In this document: piece by piece, positions 26,876-37,126 of the stretch
How the letters are laid out: each line of letters starts with the position of its first letter
Position numbering within the stretch: the first letter of the stretch is position 1
Assembly: GCA_001776935.1 (NCBI GenBank)
Contig: MFDN01000005.1
Coordinates: forward strand, 2,505 to 66,504
Direction of reading: 5' to 3'
Origin: Candidatus Daviesbacteria bacterium RIFCSPLOWO2_01_FULL_39_23
GTDB lineage: Bacteria > Patescibacteriota > Microgenomatia > Daviesbacterales > UBA10151
DNA length: 64,000 nucleotides
The notes under the pieces: model-generated
Database searches by the model: none
The model's input: the letters and a program-made list of their open reading frames with translations, nothing else
What the model was told of the DNA's origin: nothing
Position numbers and translations under genes: made by a program

Positions 26876-27805
26876 TCATTTTAAAACTATTGGTCTGGAA
26901 GCGGGTTTTTCAACACCTGAGGGATTTGGAATTAATTTCAACTTTTGATCTTCATAATTCGTATAAAATTGAGGGTCAACCCTGCGTGCATAAAAAGTTA
27001 AGGTGTCACATTTGCGTCCATTTCGTGTTCCTGATCCATCTACCATGCCTACATGCGGCAGATTTTGGAAATTTAGTCCATAAACTAACCTTAAAGCTCT
27101 ATTGATCATTCTTGCATGTTCAATTGTTTGTTTAACAACCTCAGGTCTTTGAGCTTCAGTCATATTAGTGTAAGATTGATTTCCTCTCATGCCTATTAAC
27201 AGTTGGTCGATTCCTTTAGTATACAAACCTCCTTTATTGTTAGTTACGTCATCATCATCAGTCATATAGCGAACAACAGATAAAGCATATAAAAGCTGGC
27301 GTTGTTCTTGAGCGTTCACTGGTCTCCCCTCAGGCATAAAATCAAACCTTAACAAAGATTTTAAATCTGCAGTGCGCTTGGCAAAAAATTCCTCTGTTCC
27401 GCGCGTATAATCAATATCCGGCTGTTCTTCCAATATTTTTACTATATTTGCCACTACTTGAGGCATAAGCTCTTTTAAAATAAAACCAGCCTCTTTAACC
27501 ACTAAATCCCGGCTATATGGATCTTCTCCCAACCGGATGGTACCCGGATCTAGCGTTGGTCTCCCTCCAAATTCTTTTCCTTTGCGTTCTTCAACAGCTT
27601 TTCCCCATTGCTCCCACTTAGCTTCTACCGGTTCATAATAATCTCTTAGTTGCTTGCGTTCCTCTAAAGAAGGTAGCTCAAGAGTATCAAGAAATCTCTC
27701 TAACCCTGATCTTTTTTGTTCGGCTGAAGGCGGAATATCCTTTTGCAACCCTGTATGTCCAGCTGATAGCTGTATACCTAATTCAATTGCATTTGAATCA
27801 TTCAT
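26876..27805 (-). CDS. Hypothetical protein (309 aa), third gene of the mntA-hepT operon
   Basis: No recognisable motif. Start lies 3 nt after the hepT stop. Contains a DDDD run. Followed by an intrinsic terminator. Confidence 0.5.
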   Translation of the reverse strand: MNDSNAIELGIQLSAGHTGLQKDIPPSAEQKRSGLERFLDTLELPSLEERKQLRDYYEPVEAKWEQWGKAVEERKGKEFGGRPTLDPGTIRLGEDPYSRDLVVKEAGFILKELMPQVVANIVKILEEQPDIDYTRGTEEFFAKRTADLKSLLRFDFMPEGRPVNAQEQRQLLYALSVVRYMTDDDDVTNNKGGLYTKGIDQLLIGMRGNQSYTNMTEAQRPEVVKQTIEHARMINRALRLVYGLNFQNLPHVGMVDGSGTRNGRKCDTLTFYARRVDPQFYTNYEDQKLKLIPNPSGVEKPASRPIVLK

Positions 27806-27808
27806 ATT

Positions 27809-28153
27809 TTAAGTATACTCTTTTAACATTTCTTTAATTTGCTTCCTAAGAAACGGTAAATCTTCCTGTATGGTTTTCCATAGTATTTCCAAATCAACTC
27901 CAAAATACTCATGAAGCACTTTATTTCTCATACTAATCATCCTGCTCCAGGGAATATCCGGATATTCCTCTACAAGTTCTTCCGGCATATTCCGGGCTGC
28001 TTCACCCAAAATTTCCAAATTTCTCACCACCGCATCTATTGTTTTCCAGTCATCATTAAGATCATCAAAAGACAAATTTCTAGTATAATCTTCAATCCTT
28101 AAAAGCGAGGTTAGAATATCCTGAAGATACAAAAGCGGCTTTCTTTTAGACAT
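27809..28153 (-). CDS. hepT: HepT-like toxin (DUF86, HEPN fold)
   Basis: 114 aa. RNKVLHEY equals the Rx4HxY HEPN motif. Overlaps mntA by 8 nt. Confidence 0.75.
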   Translation of the reverse strand: MSKRKPLLYLQDILTSLLRIEDYTRNLSFDDLNDDWKTIDAVVRNLEILGEAARNMPEELVEEYPDIPWSRMISMRNKVLHEYFGVDLEILWKTIQEDLPFLRKQIKEMLKEYT

Positions 28154-28436
28154 AACTTACTTCTTGCAATATTTCATTCTTAATAGCTGGCTTTAATGCC
28201 TTTTTGGTCACCAGATCTACTTTTTTGCCGGTTAACTTACCTAAGAATTCTTCCAACTCAATAAATTTGAAAAACCCCACTGGTTTTGAGAACTCCACCA
28301 GCATATCAATATCGCTGCCCCCTCTTTCATCCCCTCTGCTAAATGACCCGAAAACGCCAATAGTTTTTACTCCATACTGGCTTTTTAAAATGTCCATATT
28401 TTTCTGTAAAACACCTTTAATTTGATTGATTTTCAT
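28146..28436 (-). CDS. mntA: MntA-like nucleotidyltransferase antitoxin
   Basis: 96 aa. GSFSRGDERGGSDIDMLV minimal nucleotidyltransferase motif. Confidence 0.8.
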   Translation of the reverse strand: MKINQIKGVLQKNMDILKSQYGVKTIGVFGSFSRGDERGGSDIDMLVEFSKPVGFFKFIELEEFLGKLTGKKVDLVTKKALKPAIKNEILQEVSYV

Positions 28437-28443
28437 ACAAATA

Positions 28444-29526
28444 TTATATCACCTTTCCATATGGGCCGAAGATGTTTTGGCCATCGTATACCAGCTGCTC
28501 CCTTAGCACTACTTTTTTCACCCTGCCGGTAACTTCCATGCCGTTAAAGGGAGTCCAGCCGCATTTGGTAAATAAGCGTTCAGCGTTTAGCGTATAGCGT
28601 ATAGCTGGATCAACTTCTACAAAGGTATTTTCCTGCTCAGGTAAAGAAAAGATTCTTTTTGGATTTGTGTGTGTCAATTCAATTAATCTGTCTAAACTCA
28701 ACCTGCCATCATTTACAGCTGTTAAAAGCAGCGGTAATGTAGTTTCAAGTCCCGGCACCCCAAACATTGGTTTTTCTCCCATCTTTTCCTCTCTAGTGTG
28801 AGGCGCATGATCAGAAGCTACTATATCTATAGTTCCATCAATGACTGCCTGCCACAGCACTTCCTGATCCTCTTTGCTTTCAAGAGGCGGTTTCATCATG
28901 CCATATGATCCCAGCCTTTCAACATCAGTATCTTTTAAAAACAAATGATGGCAAGCCACTTCACAGCTTATTTTCATACCCTCTGCTTTGGCGGCTTTGA
29001 TCAATTCAATTTCTCTTTTTAAGGACACATGACAAACATGCAGTTTAAGATCTCCAGATCGCAAGCTTTGCTTATTTCCAAACCTTTTAGCCAAACTTAT
29101 GGCTTTTTCTAAAGTCTCCCCTTCTGCATGCACCATTAATACTTTTTCTTTTGGCCAGGAAGAAAAAACTTTCTCTAAAACCTGATCATCGCTCATCAAT
29201 AAATCCCCGGTGGTTTGATTCATATAAACTTTCAGTCCAAAAACTTGCTCTGCCACCTGAGGAAAGTATTGGACACTGCTTTCACTGGCCCCAAAATGAA
29301 ATCCAATATCACAATACACCCTACCCTCAGCCAGTTTCTTTTTCGATGATAAAGCTTCCGGGTTAATTGTGGCAATTGGATTATTGGGCATATCCAAAAC
29401 TTGGGTAAAACCGCCGGCAATAGCTGCTTTGGTGCCTGTTTGAAAATCCTCTTTTTGGGTGGCTCCCGGTTCCCGTAGGTGTACATGAGTATCAATAAGG
29501 CCGGGCAAAGTAATTATCTTTGACAT
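28444..29526 (-). CDS. pyrC: Dihydroorotase
   Basis: PGLIDTHVHLREPG metal-binding N-terminus. Amidohydrolase fold. In-frame agcgtat heptamer insertion near the C-terminus. Confidence 0.8.
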   Translation of the reverse strand: MSKIITLPGLIDTHVHLREPGATQKEDFQTGTKAAIAGGFTQVLDMPNNPIATINPEALSSKKKLAEGRVYCDIGFHFGASESSVQYFPQVAEQVFGLKVYMNQTTGDLLMSDDQVLEKVFSSWPKEKVLMVHAEGETLEKAISLAKRFGNKQSLRSGDLKLHVCHVSLKREIELIKAAKAEGMKISCEVACHHLFLKDTDVERLGSYGMMKPPLESKEDQEVLWQAVIDGTIDIVASDHAPHTREEKMGEKPMFGVPGLETTLPLLLTAVNDGRLSLDRLIELTHTNPKRIFSLPEQENTFVEVDPAIRYTLNAERLFTKCGWTPFNGMEVTGRVKKVVLREQLVYDGQNIFGPYGKVI

Positions 29527-29560
29527 AAAGATAATTATACATGTATATTAAGTAGGCACA

Positions 29561-29830
29561 ATGACTGAATCTAAACAACAAGAAAGAAAGTTTCATCAAG
29601 AACTTCTCCAGCAACTTGTAACTTTATCCACCTCTGGTTTTGGTCTGGTGGCAGCATTAGCCTGGAATGAAGCCATCCAAAGCTTTGTCAAGGTCAATAT
29701 TGAACCATACTTTCCTTCCCAAACCGGCGTGATTTCCAAATTCTTTTATGCTCTTTTAATTACCTTTTTTGCAGTCTTAATTACCTATCAGCTCTCCCGT
29801 TTAGCCTCCCGCTGGGGAATTAAGAAGTAA
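29561..29830 (+). CDS. Hypothetical small membrane protein
   Basis: 89 aa with two hydrophobic helices. Confidence 0.35.
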   Translation: MTESKQQERKFHQELLQQLVTLSTSGFGLVAALAWNEAIQSFVKVNIEPYFPSQTGVISKFFYALLITFFAVLITYQLSRLASRWGIKK

Positions 29831-30875
29831 TTTGCCCATCCTCTACTTTTAATATCCTGGCTGAATCTAAAAATTCCTGCGGGATGTGTTCAAGCTCCAC
29901 TGTCGCAATCACTGTTTGCTGTTTTGAGACCACTTCCACTACGTGCGCCCTGTGCGCAGCGTCCAGTTCTGAGAAAACATCATCAAGTAAAAGTATCGGC
30001 CTTTTGCCCATTATCTTGGCCATATATTCAAGCTGGGCAAGCTTAAAAGCCAAAGTTGCCGTCCTTTGCTCCCCTCTGGAGCCGAAACGAGCAATATTAC
30101 GGTCTTCCAGAAAAAATGAAAAATCATCCCTGTGAGGTCCTATCATGGTTGCAGCTGCAGCAACTTCCCTGCCGTTTGTCTCCGCCAGCCTTTTTTCACT
30201 TACTGCACTGGGCTTATATTCAAATATAAATTCTCCCAGCGGCTTTTCCAAAACATTGATAAATTCAAAAAAACTTTGCCTTTTATCAGTTATTTTCAGC
30301 CCCTGCGCTATTAAACCATCTGTCCAAAAAGTAAGCTCGGAAAGCTTGCCATGCCCCTCCCTTATGCTTTTTAAAACCCTGTTTCTGGCTGTTAAGAACT
30401 GTTCGTAAGCAGTCAAAACCTTTTTATAATTCACATCAATTTGGGCAAGGCACAAATCCAAATGCCATCTCCTAAGTGTTGGCGGGCCGCTTACCATATT
30501 TATATCAGAAGGGTAAAAAATAACTGCAGGTAAGTTGCCAATAAAATCTGCAGCTCTGCGGGGAATCCCGTTAACAAGCACTTTCTTTTTAAAAAAAACT
30601 TCTTCTGTAGGTTTGTTTATAATCACCAAAAGCTCACTGTCTCCCCCGTTTGTTAGGAATCCTTCAACCCTTGCAAAATCTGTATCTTTTTTTATTAGTT
30701 CATCCTCTGTCTCAGCCCGTAATGATTTTGTGGTGGAAAGAAGATATATAGCCTCCAGCAAATTAGATTTACCGGCAGCATTGTTGCCGATTAAAAGCGT
30801 TGGGCGCTGGTCGAATTGTAACTCCAGCTGTGAATAATTCCGAAAGTTTGTTAAATTAATTTGCTTAAGAAACAT
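29820..30875 (-). CDS. recF: DNA replication and repair protein RecF
   Basis: MFLKQINLTNFRNY N-terminus. Walker A GNNAAGKSN. SMC-like signature LLLDDVFSELD. Confidence 0.85.
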   Translation of the reverse strand: MFLKQINLTNFRNYSQLELQFDQRPTLLIGNNAAGKSNLLEAIYLLSTTKSLRAETEDELIKKDTDFARVEGFLTNGGDSELLVIINKPTEEVFFKKKVLVNGIPRRAADFIGNLPAVIFYPSDINMVSGPPTLRRWHLDLCLAQIDVNYKKVLTAYEQFLTARNRVLKSIREGHGKLSELTFWTDGLIAQGLKITDKRQSFFEFINVLEKPLGEFIFEYKPSAVSEKRLAETNGREVAAAATMIGPHRDDFSFFLEDRNIARFGSRGEQRTATLAFKLAQLEYMAKIMGKRPILLLDDVFSELDAAHRAHVVEVVSKQQTVIATVELEHIPQEFLDSARILKVEDGQITS

Positions 30876-30960
30876 CCCTTAGTAAGTATTAAGTAGTATG
30901 TAGTAGGTATTATGGGTAAAAAGCATTAAACCCTTAATACATTCTACTTGATACTGAATA

Positions 30961-32334
30961 CTATTTCCCCTCCCAATGCCCTAGTCCTAAAAACTCTCTG
31001 ACTTTGTAGGACAGATCTTCTTTCTTGAAAAAAAGGCTTGGCTTTAACCCAAACATTCCCACCACTATTATTACCAATCCTAACGCAATAAAAATTGGAG
31101 TTGTCCCAAAAATATCAGCTAAAATACCTGTTAAAAAAATCGGGATCAAAGATAAGCCGGACATAGCCACCCCGAGCACTGAAAATACTTTTCCCCTGTC
31201 CTCTTCCGGAGTGTTTTCCTGCAGGACTGTTTGCGAGGGAATTAAAATTGAAACCAAAGCTACTCCCATTAAAAATGATCCTACAATCAGTACCTTTGAA
31301 AGCGGCAGTTGATACAAAAAAGGTACCGGCCTGGGATTGCCAAAATAATGAACTGCGGGAGATATAAGCGGAGCAACACCCACTAAAAGAAGCAGTAATC
31401 CTGCAAAAAGGATTGCCCTAGAAACCAACCTTCTTTTAATTAAACTGCTGCCAAACTTGCCTAGAACTACGCCTCCTATGACAATTCCAAGCCCCAAAGG
31501 TATAACCAATACATAAGAGGCGTCTGTTGCCTTAATCTGCAATGATTTTTCCAAAAATCCCGGAGCAAGCACTGCCATAATGCCTATTCCCATCTGCACC
31601 CCTGCCAAAATGACTATGGATGATAAAACAAGCAGCTTACCTCTTATAAGTCCTATCGTTTCTTTAATCTCAAAAACTCCTATCCTCCACATCCTTGAAT
31701 ATTTCTTGTGTACAAGAGCCCAGATCAATTCCTTGCCTTGCGCATCAGGAGTAGATTTTATTGAAGGAAACATTAAAGAAAACAAGAATGCTATTGCAAG
31801 GAATACTCCTCCCAAACCAAATACAAAATTAATACCTACATGATTAATTAAAGGCCCTGCTAGTCCAAATCCCAGTAAAAAGCAGGAATAGAGTGTTGCA
31901 GAAAATAAAGAATTTGCAGCAAGCAGTTGATTTTTCTTAACAACAATAGGGATAGCAGAAGCCTCAGCTGGTGCATAAAATTGGGCCAATGCATTAATCA
32001 GAAAAGTAACCCCTAAGATTGCAGGAAAACTGCCTTTTAGAAAAATCAGGCTGAAAAATAGCAAACAAAGGAAAAAATCTATCATCATGATAATTTTGCG
32101 CCGGTCTGTAATATCCACCAGCACTCCGCTGAATAAACCCAAAATAACTGCCGGAAGATAGATTGCAAAGATTAAAAAAGACACTGCAGTATTGGAGTCT
32201 GTTAATTTAAAAACCCAAATTATAAGGGCAAAATTTAACGAATTAAAAGATAATTGAACTAAAAATTGATTGAACCACAGATTTAAAAAACCCCGATTTC
32301 TTACAACCGAGGCAAATGTAGATTTTTCAGCCAT
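30961..32334 (-). CDS. MFS transporter
   Basis: 457 aa with about 12 predicted TM helices. GxLxDRxGRR-like motif (DITDRRKI). Confidence 0.75.
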   Translation of the reverse strand: MAEKSTFASVVRNRGFLNLWFNQFLVQLSFNSLNFALIIWVFKLTDSNTAVSFLIFAIYLPAVILGLFSGVLVDITDRRKIIMMIDFFLCLLFFSLIFLKGSFPAILGVTFLINALAQFYAPAEASAIPIVVKKNQLLAANSLFSATLYSCFLLGFGLAGPLINHVGINFVFGLGGVFLAIAFLFSLMFPSIKSTPDAQGKELIWALVHKKYSRMWRIGVFEIKETIGLIRGKLLVLSSIVILAGVQMGIGIMAVLAPGFLEKSLQIKATDASYVLVIPLGLGIVIGGVVLGKFGSSLIKRRLVSRAILFAGLLLLLVGVAPLISPAVHYFGNPRPVPFLYQLPLSKVLIVGSFLMGVALVSILIPSQTVLQENTPEEDRGKVFSVLGVAMSGLSLIPIFLTGILADIFGTTPIFIALGLVIIVVGMFGLKPSLFFKKEDLSYKVREFLGLGHWEGK

Positions 32335-32376
32335 AATACAACGCTTTGTATGATTATTATAGCAGTTTCAGAAAGT

Positions 32377-33321
32377 TCACTTTTGACAATGGAGACAAAA
32401 GTATGTGCCGCGGCCTGCTAAGGCAATTTTTTTAATTTCTGTTTTGCACATTTTGCAAGGATGTTTGTCCCGCCAATACACATAGGCGTAATCTAAAAAA
32501 TAGCCTTTGTGGCCTTCCGGATCTACAAAATGCGCCCGGGTGGACCCGCCGCGTTTTATCCCCTCTTTTAAAGCTTTAATAATGCCCTCAAAAAGTGATT
32601 TAAACTGTTTATCAGTTAAATCCCCGACTTTTGTTCGCGGATCAATTTTAGCATTAAAACAAGCTTCATTTGAATAAATATTCCCTATTCCGGAAACAGC
32701 ACTTTGATCCATAATCGCCACCTTAACCGGCATAGATTTATGCCTTAATAAATTCTGTTTCAAAACCTCCCAGGTAAATCCTTTTTCCAACGGCTCAGGT
32801 CCTAAATTTTTCAGAGAATTGTCAATTGCCAATTGTCCATTGTCAATTACCTTCACCCATCCAAAACGACGCTGGTCATTAAAATAAAGATGGGAGTTAT
32901 TCGAAAACGTAAATATAACTCTAGTGTGAGGATTCGGCATAGTTCCCAGCATATCTTCTGTGGGGTGCCCACCTATAAAACGCTTTTCGCTACTGGCTAT
33001 TCGCTTTTCGCTTGGAATATAAATAAGTTGGCCGGACATTTTTAGATGGAATAGAAGAGTTATTTGCTGTTCGCTATTGGCTGTTAGCTTTTTGCTTTTG
33101 GCTATTAGCGAACGGCGAATAGCTAATAGCTTTTCCCCTACGAGGTCTATACCGAGCAGTTTAGCTCTTCTCCATATTTTGAGTACATTTTTACCCTGGG
33201 CTAAATTAGGGTTCCCGATAAAGGATTTAGGAGAAAGAATTTGGATTTTTTGGATTTTCAACCCGATGATTTTTTTGGTCAACCCCAAACGGATAACTTC
33301 CACTTCCGGTAATTCAGGCAT
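32377..33321 (-). CDS. mutM: Formamidopyrimidine-DNA glycosylase (Fpg/Nei family)
   Basis: MPELPEVE N-terminus, H2TH region, and C-terminal C4 zinc finger (CKMCKTEIKK...CLHCQK). Several in-frame heptamer-repeat insertions (PSEKRIASSEKRF etc.) lengthen it to 314 aa. Confidence 0.8.
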   Translation of the reverse strand: MPELPEVEVIRLGLTKKIIGLKIQKIQILSPKSFIGNPNLAQGKNVLKIWRRAKLLGIDLVGEKLLAIRRSLIAKSKKLTANSEQQITLLFHLKMSGQLIYIPSEKRIASSEKRFIGGHPTEDMLGTMPNPHTRVIFTFSNNSHLYFNDQRRFGWVKVIDNGQLAIDNSLKNLGPEPLEKGFTWEVLKQNLLRHKSMPVKVAIMDQSAVSGIGNIYSNEACFNAKIDPRTKVGDLTDKQFKSLFEGIIKALKEGIKRGGSTRAHFVDPEGHKGYFLDYAYVYWRDKHPCKMCKTEIKKIALAGRGTYFCLHCQK

Positions 33322-33349
33322 ATTAGTATTTTAACATTTATACATTAGC

Positions 33350-34306
33350 TCAAGCTTTACTGGATAGTAAAAATTCCTTAAGACCAATAGCAGATTCATA
33401 ATCTCCAATCCAATACCCCCTCACTTCTTTATTTATCCACCTTAAAAGTCTCGTCAAAACAGGCTCCGGTCCAAATTCCAAGAAATTCCTAATTCCAGAA
33501 TTAATCATTAATTCCACCTCTTTCTGCCAGTAAACGGGTTTTCTAATTTGCTCCCTTAAACTTTGCTGTATTTCTGATCCTAATTTGGAAAATCTCGGCT
33601 CTTCACCATTAATAACGAAAGGCACTTCAGAATCCATGAATTCTATATTAGATAATTCTTTCTCATCAAACTTATCCGAGGCAACTGCCATCAGTTTTGG
33701 ATGATGAGCAGCTAAAGGTACTGCAATTGCTGTTGCCCTTGCTCCAACTTTAGGCGCTTCAGCTATGACTAGTTTGATTTCTTCTTGGCTACCACTGAAA
33801 ACTGTTTGTTTCGAACTGTTAAAATTTACCGGCACAGCATTTGACCTGCGATGAAGTTCTTCAATAACTTGCGGATCTCTATATCCCATTACAACTGCCA
33901 TTCCACCCACTCCGCCAAATTTCTCCATTATCTCCCCTCTTCGTCGAACCAAATAAATTACATCTTCCAACCTTACCTTCCTTGCTGCTGCGGAAGCAGC
34001 ATATTTCCCCAAACTATGTCCTGTTGCTGCATCAGGATCTTCTGCAAAAAATTCCCCATACATCTCTTTAGCAGCAGCTAGAGCTGCAATGCTGTAAACT
34101 CCAGTATAAAGTTGTATCTTGCTGGATTTTGCCAAATCTTCTACCGGACCATCTTTCACTAAACCCGAAAAAGAATAGCCTAACACTTTATCTGCCTTTG
34201 CAAAAACCTTCTGAGCTGCCGGAGACCAGGCTAATTTATCCCACAGACCAATTTGCGGCTCTAATCCTTGACCGGGAAATATATATGCGACCTTCATTCT
34301 CTCCAT
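33350..34306 (-). CDS. Malonyl-CoA:ACP transacylase-like acyltransferase (FabD family)
   Basis: IFPGQG N-terminus and GHSLG active-site motif. 318 aa. Confidence 0.7.
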   Translation of the reverse strand: MERMKVAYIFPGQGLEPQIGLWDKLAWSPAAQKVFAKADKVLGYSFSGLVKDGPVEDLAKSSKIQLYTGVYSIAALAAAKEMYGEFFAEDPDAATGHSLGKYAASAAARKVRLEDVIYLVRRRGEIMEKFGGVGGMAVVMGYRDPQVIEELHRRSNAVPVNFNSSKQTVFSGSQEEIKLVIAEAPKVGARATAIAVPLAAHHPKLMAVASDKFDEKELSNIEFMDSEVPFVINGEEPRFSKLGSEIQQSLREQIRKPVYWQKEVELMINSGIRNFLEFGPEPVLTRLLRWINKEVRGYWIGDYESAIGLKEFLLSSKA

Positions 34307-34374
34307 ACCGGCTATCTTATAGCAGAATTAAAGATGCTAAGTCAATTCATCTGACAAAATATGTCACGATCGTA

Positions 34375-34893
34375 TCATATTTTGTCGCTGGGGCCATACT
34401 TATCTGATTCAAAAACCCAAACCCACTTCTCTACCCCCAAATCTTTAATGTAAGCAAATAATTTATCCGTAATATTTTTTTTAGAAATCCAGACACTTTT
34501 TTGGAAGTGCTTAAAACCCCACTTTTTGAGATTCCTTCTAAACAAATCCCTTATTAATCTTTTTTGTTCCGGAATATCAAAAATAACTACCCGCCACTTG
34601 CCATCCCACTGATCAGTCTCAACGTCAGAAAAAAGTATTTGAGTTCTACCTTCATCTGTTAATTTTAAAATAATCTCTCCGGAATTAATTTTCTCTTCCT
34701 TAATATAACCCTTTTCTCTTAATCTTTTGATTGCTATTGATAATGATGATTTGTTTAAAGGATATTCCCAGCCGCTGCCATCGTAGTAGTAATGAGTATT
34801 AAACATAACATCCTCAAACCTGATATAACCATCCGCCGCTTTTTCTAAAGCCAACAGCACCCACCAACCGGCACTCTTCTTTTGCAATCCCAT
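34375..34893 (-). CDS. PaaX-like transcriptional regulator, paralog 2
   Basis: WDGKWRVVIFDIPEQKRLIRDLFRRNLKKWGFKHFQKSVWISK, near-identical core to 20078..20581. The track start at 34899 is a TTG, so the ATG at 34893 is preferred. Flanked on both sides by CACGATCG-core palindromes. Confidence 0.55.
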   Translation of the reverse strand: MGLQKKSAGWWVLLALEKAADGYIRFEDVMFNTHYYYDGSGWEYPLNKSSLSIAIKRLREKGYIKEEKINSGEIILKLTDEGRTQILFSDVETDQWDGKWRVVIFDIPEQKRLIRDLFRRNLKKWGFKHFQKSVWISKKNITDKLFAYIKDLGVEKWVWVFESDKYGPSDKI

Positions 34894-34895
34894 GC

Positions 34896-34927
34896 ACAAA
34901 ACATTACACGATCGTTGAATGTTTTGT
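34896..34927. promoter_or_regulatory. Inverted repeat acaaaacatt-acacgatcgttg-aatgttttgt (candidate operator)
   Basis: 10-bp perfect arms around a CACGATCG core. Overlaps the start region of PaaX-like paralog 2. A related IR gacaaaatatg-tcacgatcgtatc-catattttgtc lies at 34349-34383. Confidence 0.4.
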
Positions 34928-35005
34928 CAATTAGTCAGCCTGAGGGAATTGATTAGATTCTTTATCGACTTAATTGTTTATCAAAAGTGATGCTATACTC
35001 AAAGC

Positions 35006-35593
35006 ATGATCAATGAAAACTTTGTAATATTGGGCATTTTGATACAAATACTCGGCAGCCTAAAGTATCTAATCGAAACTATCCAGGGAAAAATAAAACC
35101 TAATAGAGTGACATTCTTCCTGTGGACTTTGGCACCCCTCATTGCTTTTGCTGCCCAGGTTACGCAAGGCGTCGGGATGTCATCACTGATCACTTTTGGT
35201 TTTGGATTTTCTCCCCTGCTGATTCTTATAGCCTCTTTTGTTAGCAAAAAAGCATACTGGAAGCTTGGCTTATTTGATTTTACCTGTGGCTTTCTGTCTG
35301 TATTAGGCTTACTCTTGTGGTATCTGACACAAGTAGGGAATATTGCCATAATATTTGCCATTCTGGCAGACGCGCTGGCAGCCTTACCGACTATGGTGAA
35401 AGCTTTTAAGTACCCTGAGACTGAAGATGGATGGTATTATATGGCTTTTGCTGTTAGTATAATTTTGAGCTTATTAACCATCAAAACTTGGGATTTTGCG
35501 CACCTAGGTTTCCCTGTTTATGGATTAGCACTTGATTTGACCATTTTCTCGTTTGCTTATTTTAAATTGGGAAAACTTCTTAAATCAGCTTAA
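35006..35593 (+). CDS. Hypothetical integral membrane protein
   Basis: 195 aa with about 6 TM helices, divergent from PaaX-like paralog 2. Confidence 0.4.
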   Translation: MINENFVILGILIQILGSLKYLIETIQGKIKPNRVTFFLWTLAPLIAFAAQVTQGVGMSSLITFGFGFSPLLILIASFVSKKAYWKLGLFDFTCGFLSVLGLLLWYLTQVGNIAIIFAILADALAALPTMVKAFKYPETEDGWYYMAFAVSIILSLLTIKTWDFAHLGFPVYGLALDLTIFSFAYFKLGKLLKSA

Positions 35594-36362
35594 CTAATCT
35601 CCCGCTTTTCAGGGCTTTTTTCAACGTAAAGGCAAAAAAGACAACCGAGGCAGAAAAATAAACAATATTTAAAACAAGTGCCACCCAAAAAGAGTTCACA
35701 TCAAATTGTCCGGTTTTTAGGGCATACCTCATCCCCTCAAAAACATGCGAGATAGGGATAAAAAAGGCAATTTTTTGGAAAAACGGCGGTAAAATACTAA
35801 TCGGATAAAATACAGCGGCAAAAGGCTGAACAAAAAACGGCAATATCCAGGTTAAGGGCCCAATGGAGTGACCATATTTTAAGACCAAAGAGACATTAAA
35901 AATCCCAAAGCTGGCTGCAAAAATAAACAAATTAATCCAAAGCAAAGCCAACCCAAACCCCAAAGCAGTAATCTGAAAATGATAAAAGATGCCTGCCATA
36001 AGTATCATAGAAGTAAAAGCGATTAAGATTTTTACTAAGCTAATACCAATAAGTGCCCCTAAGTATTCTGCAAATGTGATCGGAGATGCCAAAAGATTGA
36101 TGATATTACGGTCCCACACCTCATACATAAAATTAACCCCGATGTCGGTACTGACTTTTTCAAAAATTACCCACAACATCATCCCCCCGAGCAAAAATGC
36201 CGCCAGAGTTTGAGACTGGATATTTTGAACATATTGCGACAAAAATCCCCACAAAACTAACACCAGTATTGGCGAGATAATCACATCAAAAAACCTTTCC
36301 AGCTGATGCATGGTTGTAAAAATATGCCTTAAAATTATTGCAAAAACGCGGTTAAAATTCAT
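35580..36362 (-). CDS. ABC-2 type transporter permease
   Basis: 260 aa with 6 TM helices. Its start overlaps the ATPase gene stop. Confidence 0.7.
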   Translation of the reverse strand: MNFNRVFAIILRHIFTTMHQLERFFDVIISPILVLVLWGFLSQYVQNIQSQTLAAFLLGGMMLWVIFEKVSTDIGVNFMYEVWDRNIINLLASPITFAEYLGALIGISLVKILIAFTSMILMAGIFYHFQITALGFGLALLWINLFIFAASFGIFNVSLVLKYGHSIGPLTWILPFFVQPFAAVFYPISILPPFFQKIAFFIPISHVFEGMRYALKTGQFDVNSFWVALVLNIVYFSASVVFFAFTLKKALKSGRLVKLI

Positions 36363-37105
36363 ACTCCTCCTCTTGATAAATGGATAAACACATCCCGTAA
36401 ATTGGCCTCCCCGGCTTCCAAATTCAACACTTTTTGGGTCAGTTCTAAAGGGCTGCCCTGGGCAATAATTTTTCCGTGATTAATAAAAATCACATTACCA
36501 GCTATTTCTTCTATCTCCCACATATTATGCGAGGTATAAAGAATCGTCATCCCTTCTTTTTTTTGAATCTGTTTTAACAAACGAATCCCTTTATCAACCA
36601 CATCAGGATCCATGGAAGCCATAGGCTCATCCAGCAACAAGAGTTTGGGTTTATTCAGCAGCGCCTTACAAAGATTAACCCGGGCCCGCTGGCCGGTAGA
36701 AAGATCACGGATGAGCTTATTTTTTACATCAGTCATCTCAAAAATTTCCAGCAGTTCTGTAATCCTTTTTTTATCATTCAACACTTCATATAATTTGGCA
36801 TAAACCAGTAAATTTTCCCAAATAGACAAAGTCCAGGGTAGATTAAAATCTGCCGAAGCATAATTTACATCTTTAAAAATCTCACTCCTGCCTTTTGCCA
36901 CATTTGTGCCGAAAATATTTATTTGGCCCCGGTCAGGACTGATCAGGCCTAAAATACAATAAATTGTGGTTGATTTGCCTGCTCCGTTAGGACCCAAAAA
37001 CCCCATGATCTGCCCTTCTTCAACAGAGAAAGAAATATCTTTGATTGCTTCAAAACCATTAAACTTTTTGGCCAGATTTTTAACTTCTAAAATGACATTA
37101 CTCAT
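36359..37105 (-). CDS. ABC transporter ATP-binding protein
   Basis: Walker A GPNGAGKST, signature LSTGQRARV, and Walker B LLLLDEP. Confidence 0.88.
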   Translation of the reverse strand: MSNVILEVKNLAKKFNGFEAIKDISFSVEEGQIMGFLGPNGAGKSTTIYCILGLISPDRGQINIFGTNVAKGRSEIFKDVNYASADFNLPWTLSIWENLLVYAKLYEVLNDKKRITELLEIFEMTDVKNKLIRDLSTGQRARVNLCKALLNKPKLLLLDEPMASMDPDVVDKGIRLLKQIQKKEGMTILYTSHNMWEIEEIAGNVIFINHGKIIAQGSPLELTQKVLNLEAGEANLRDVFIHLSRGGV

Positions 37106-37126
37106 ACTTCTCTAATATCATCCTGA

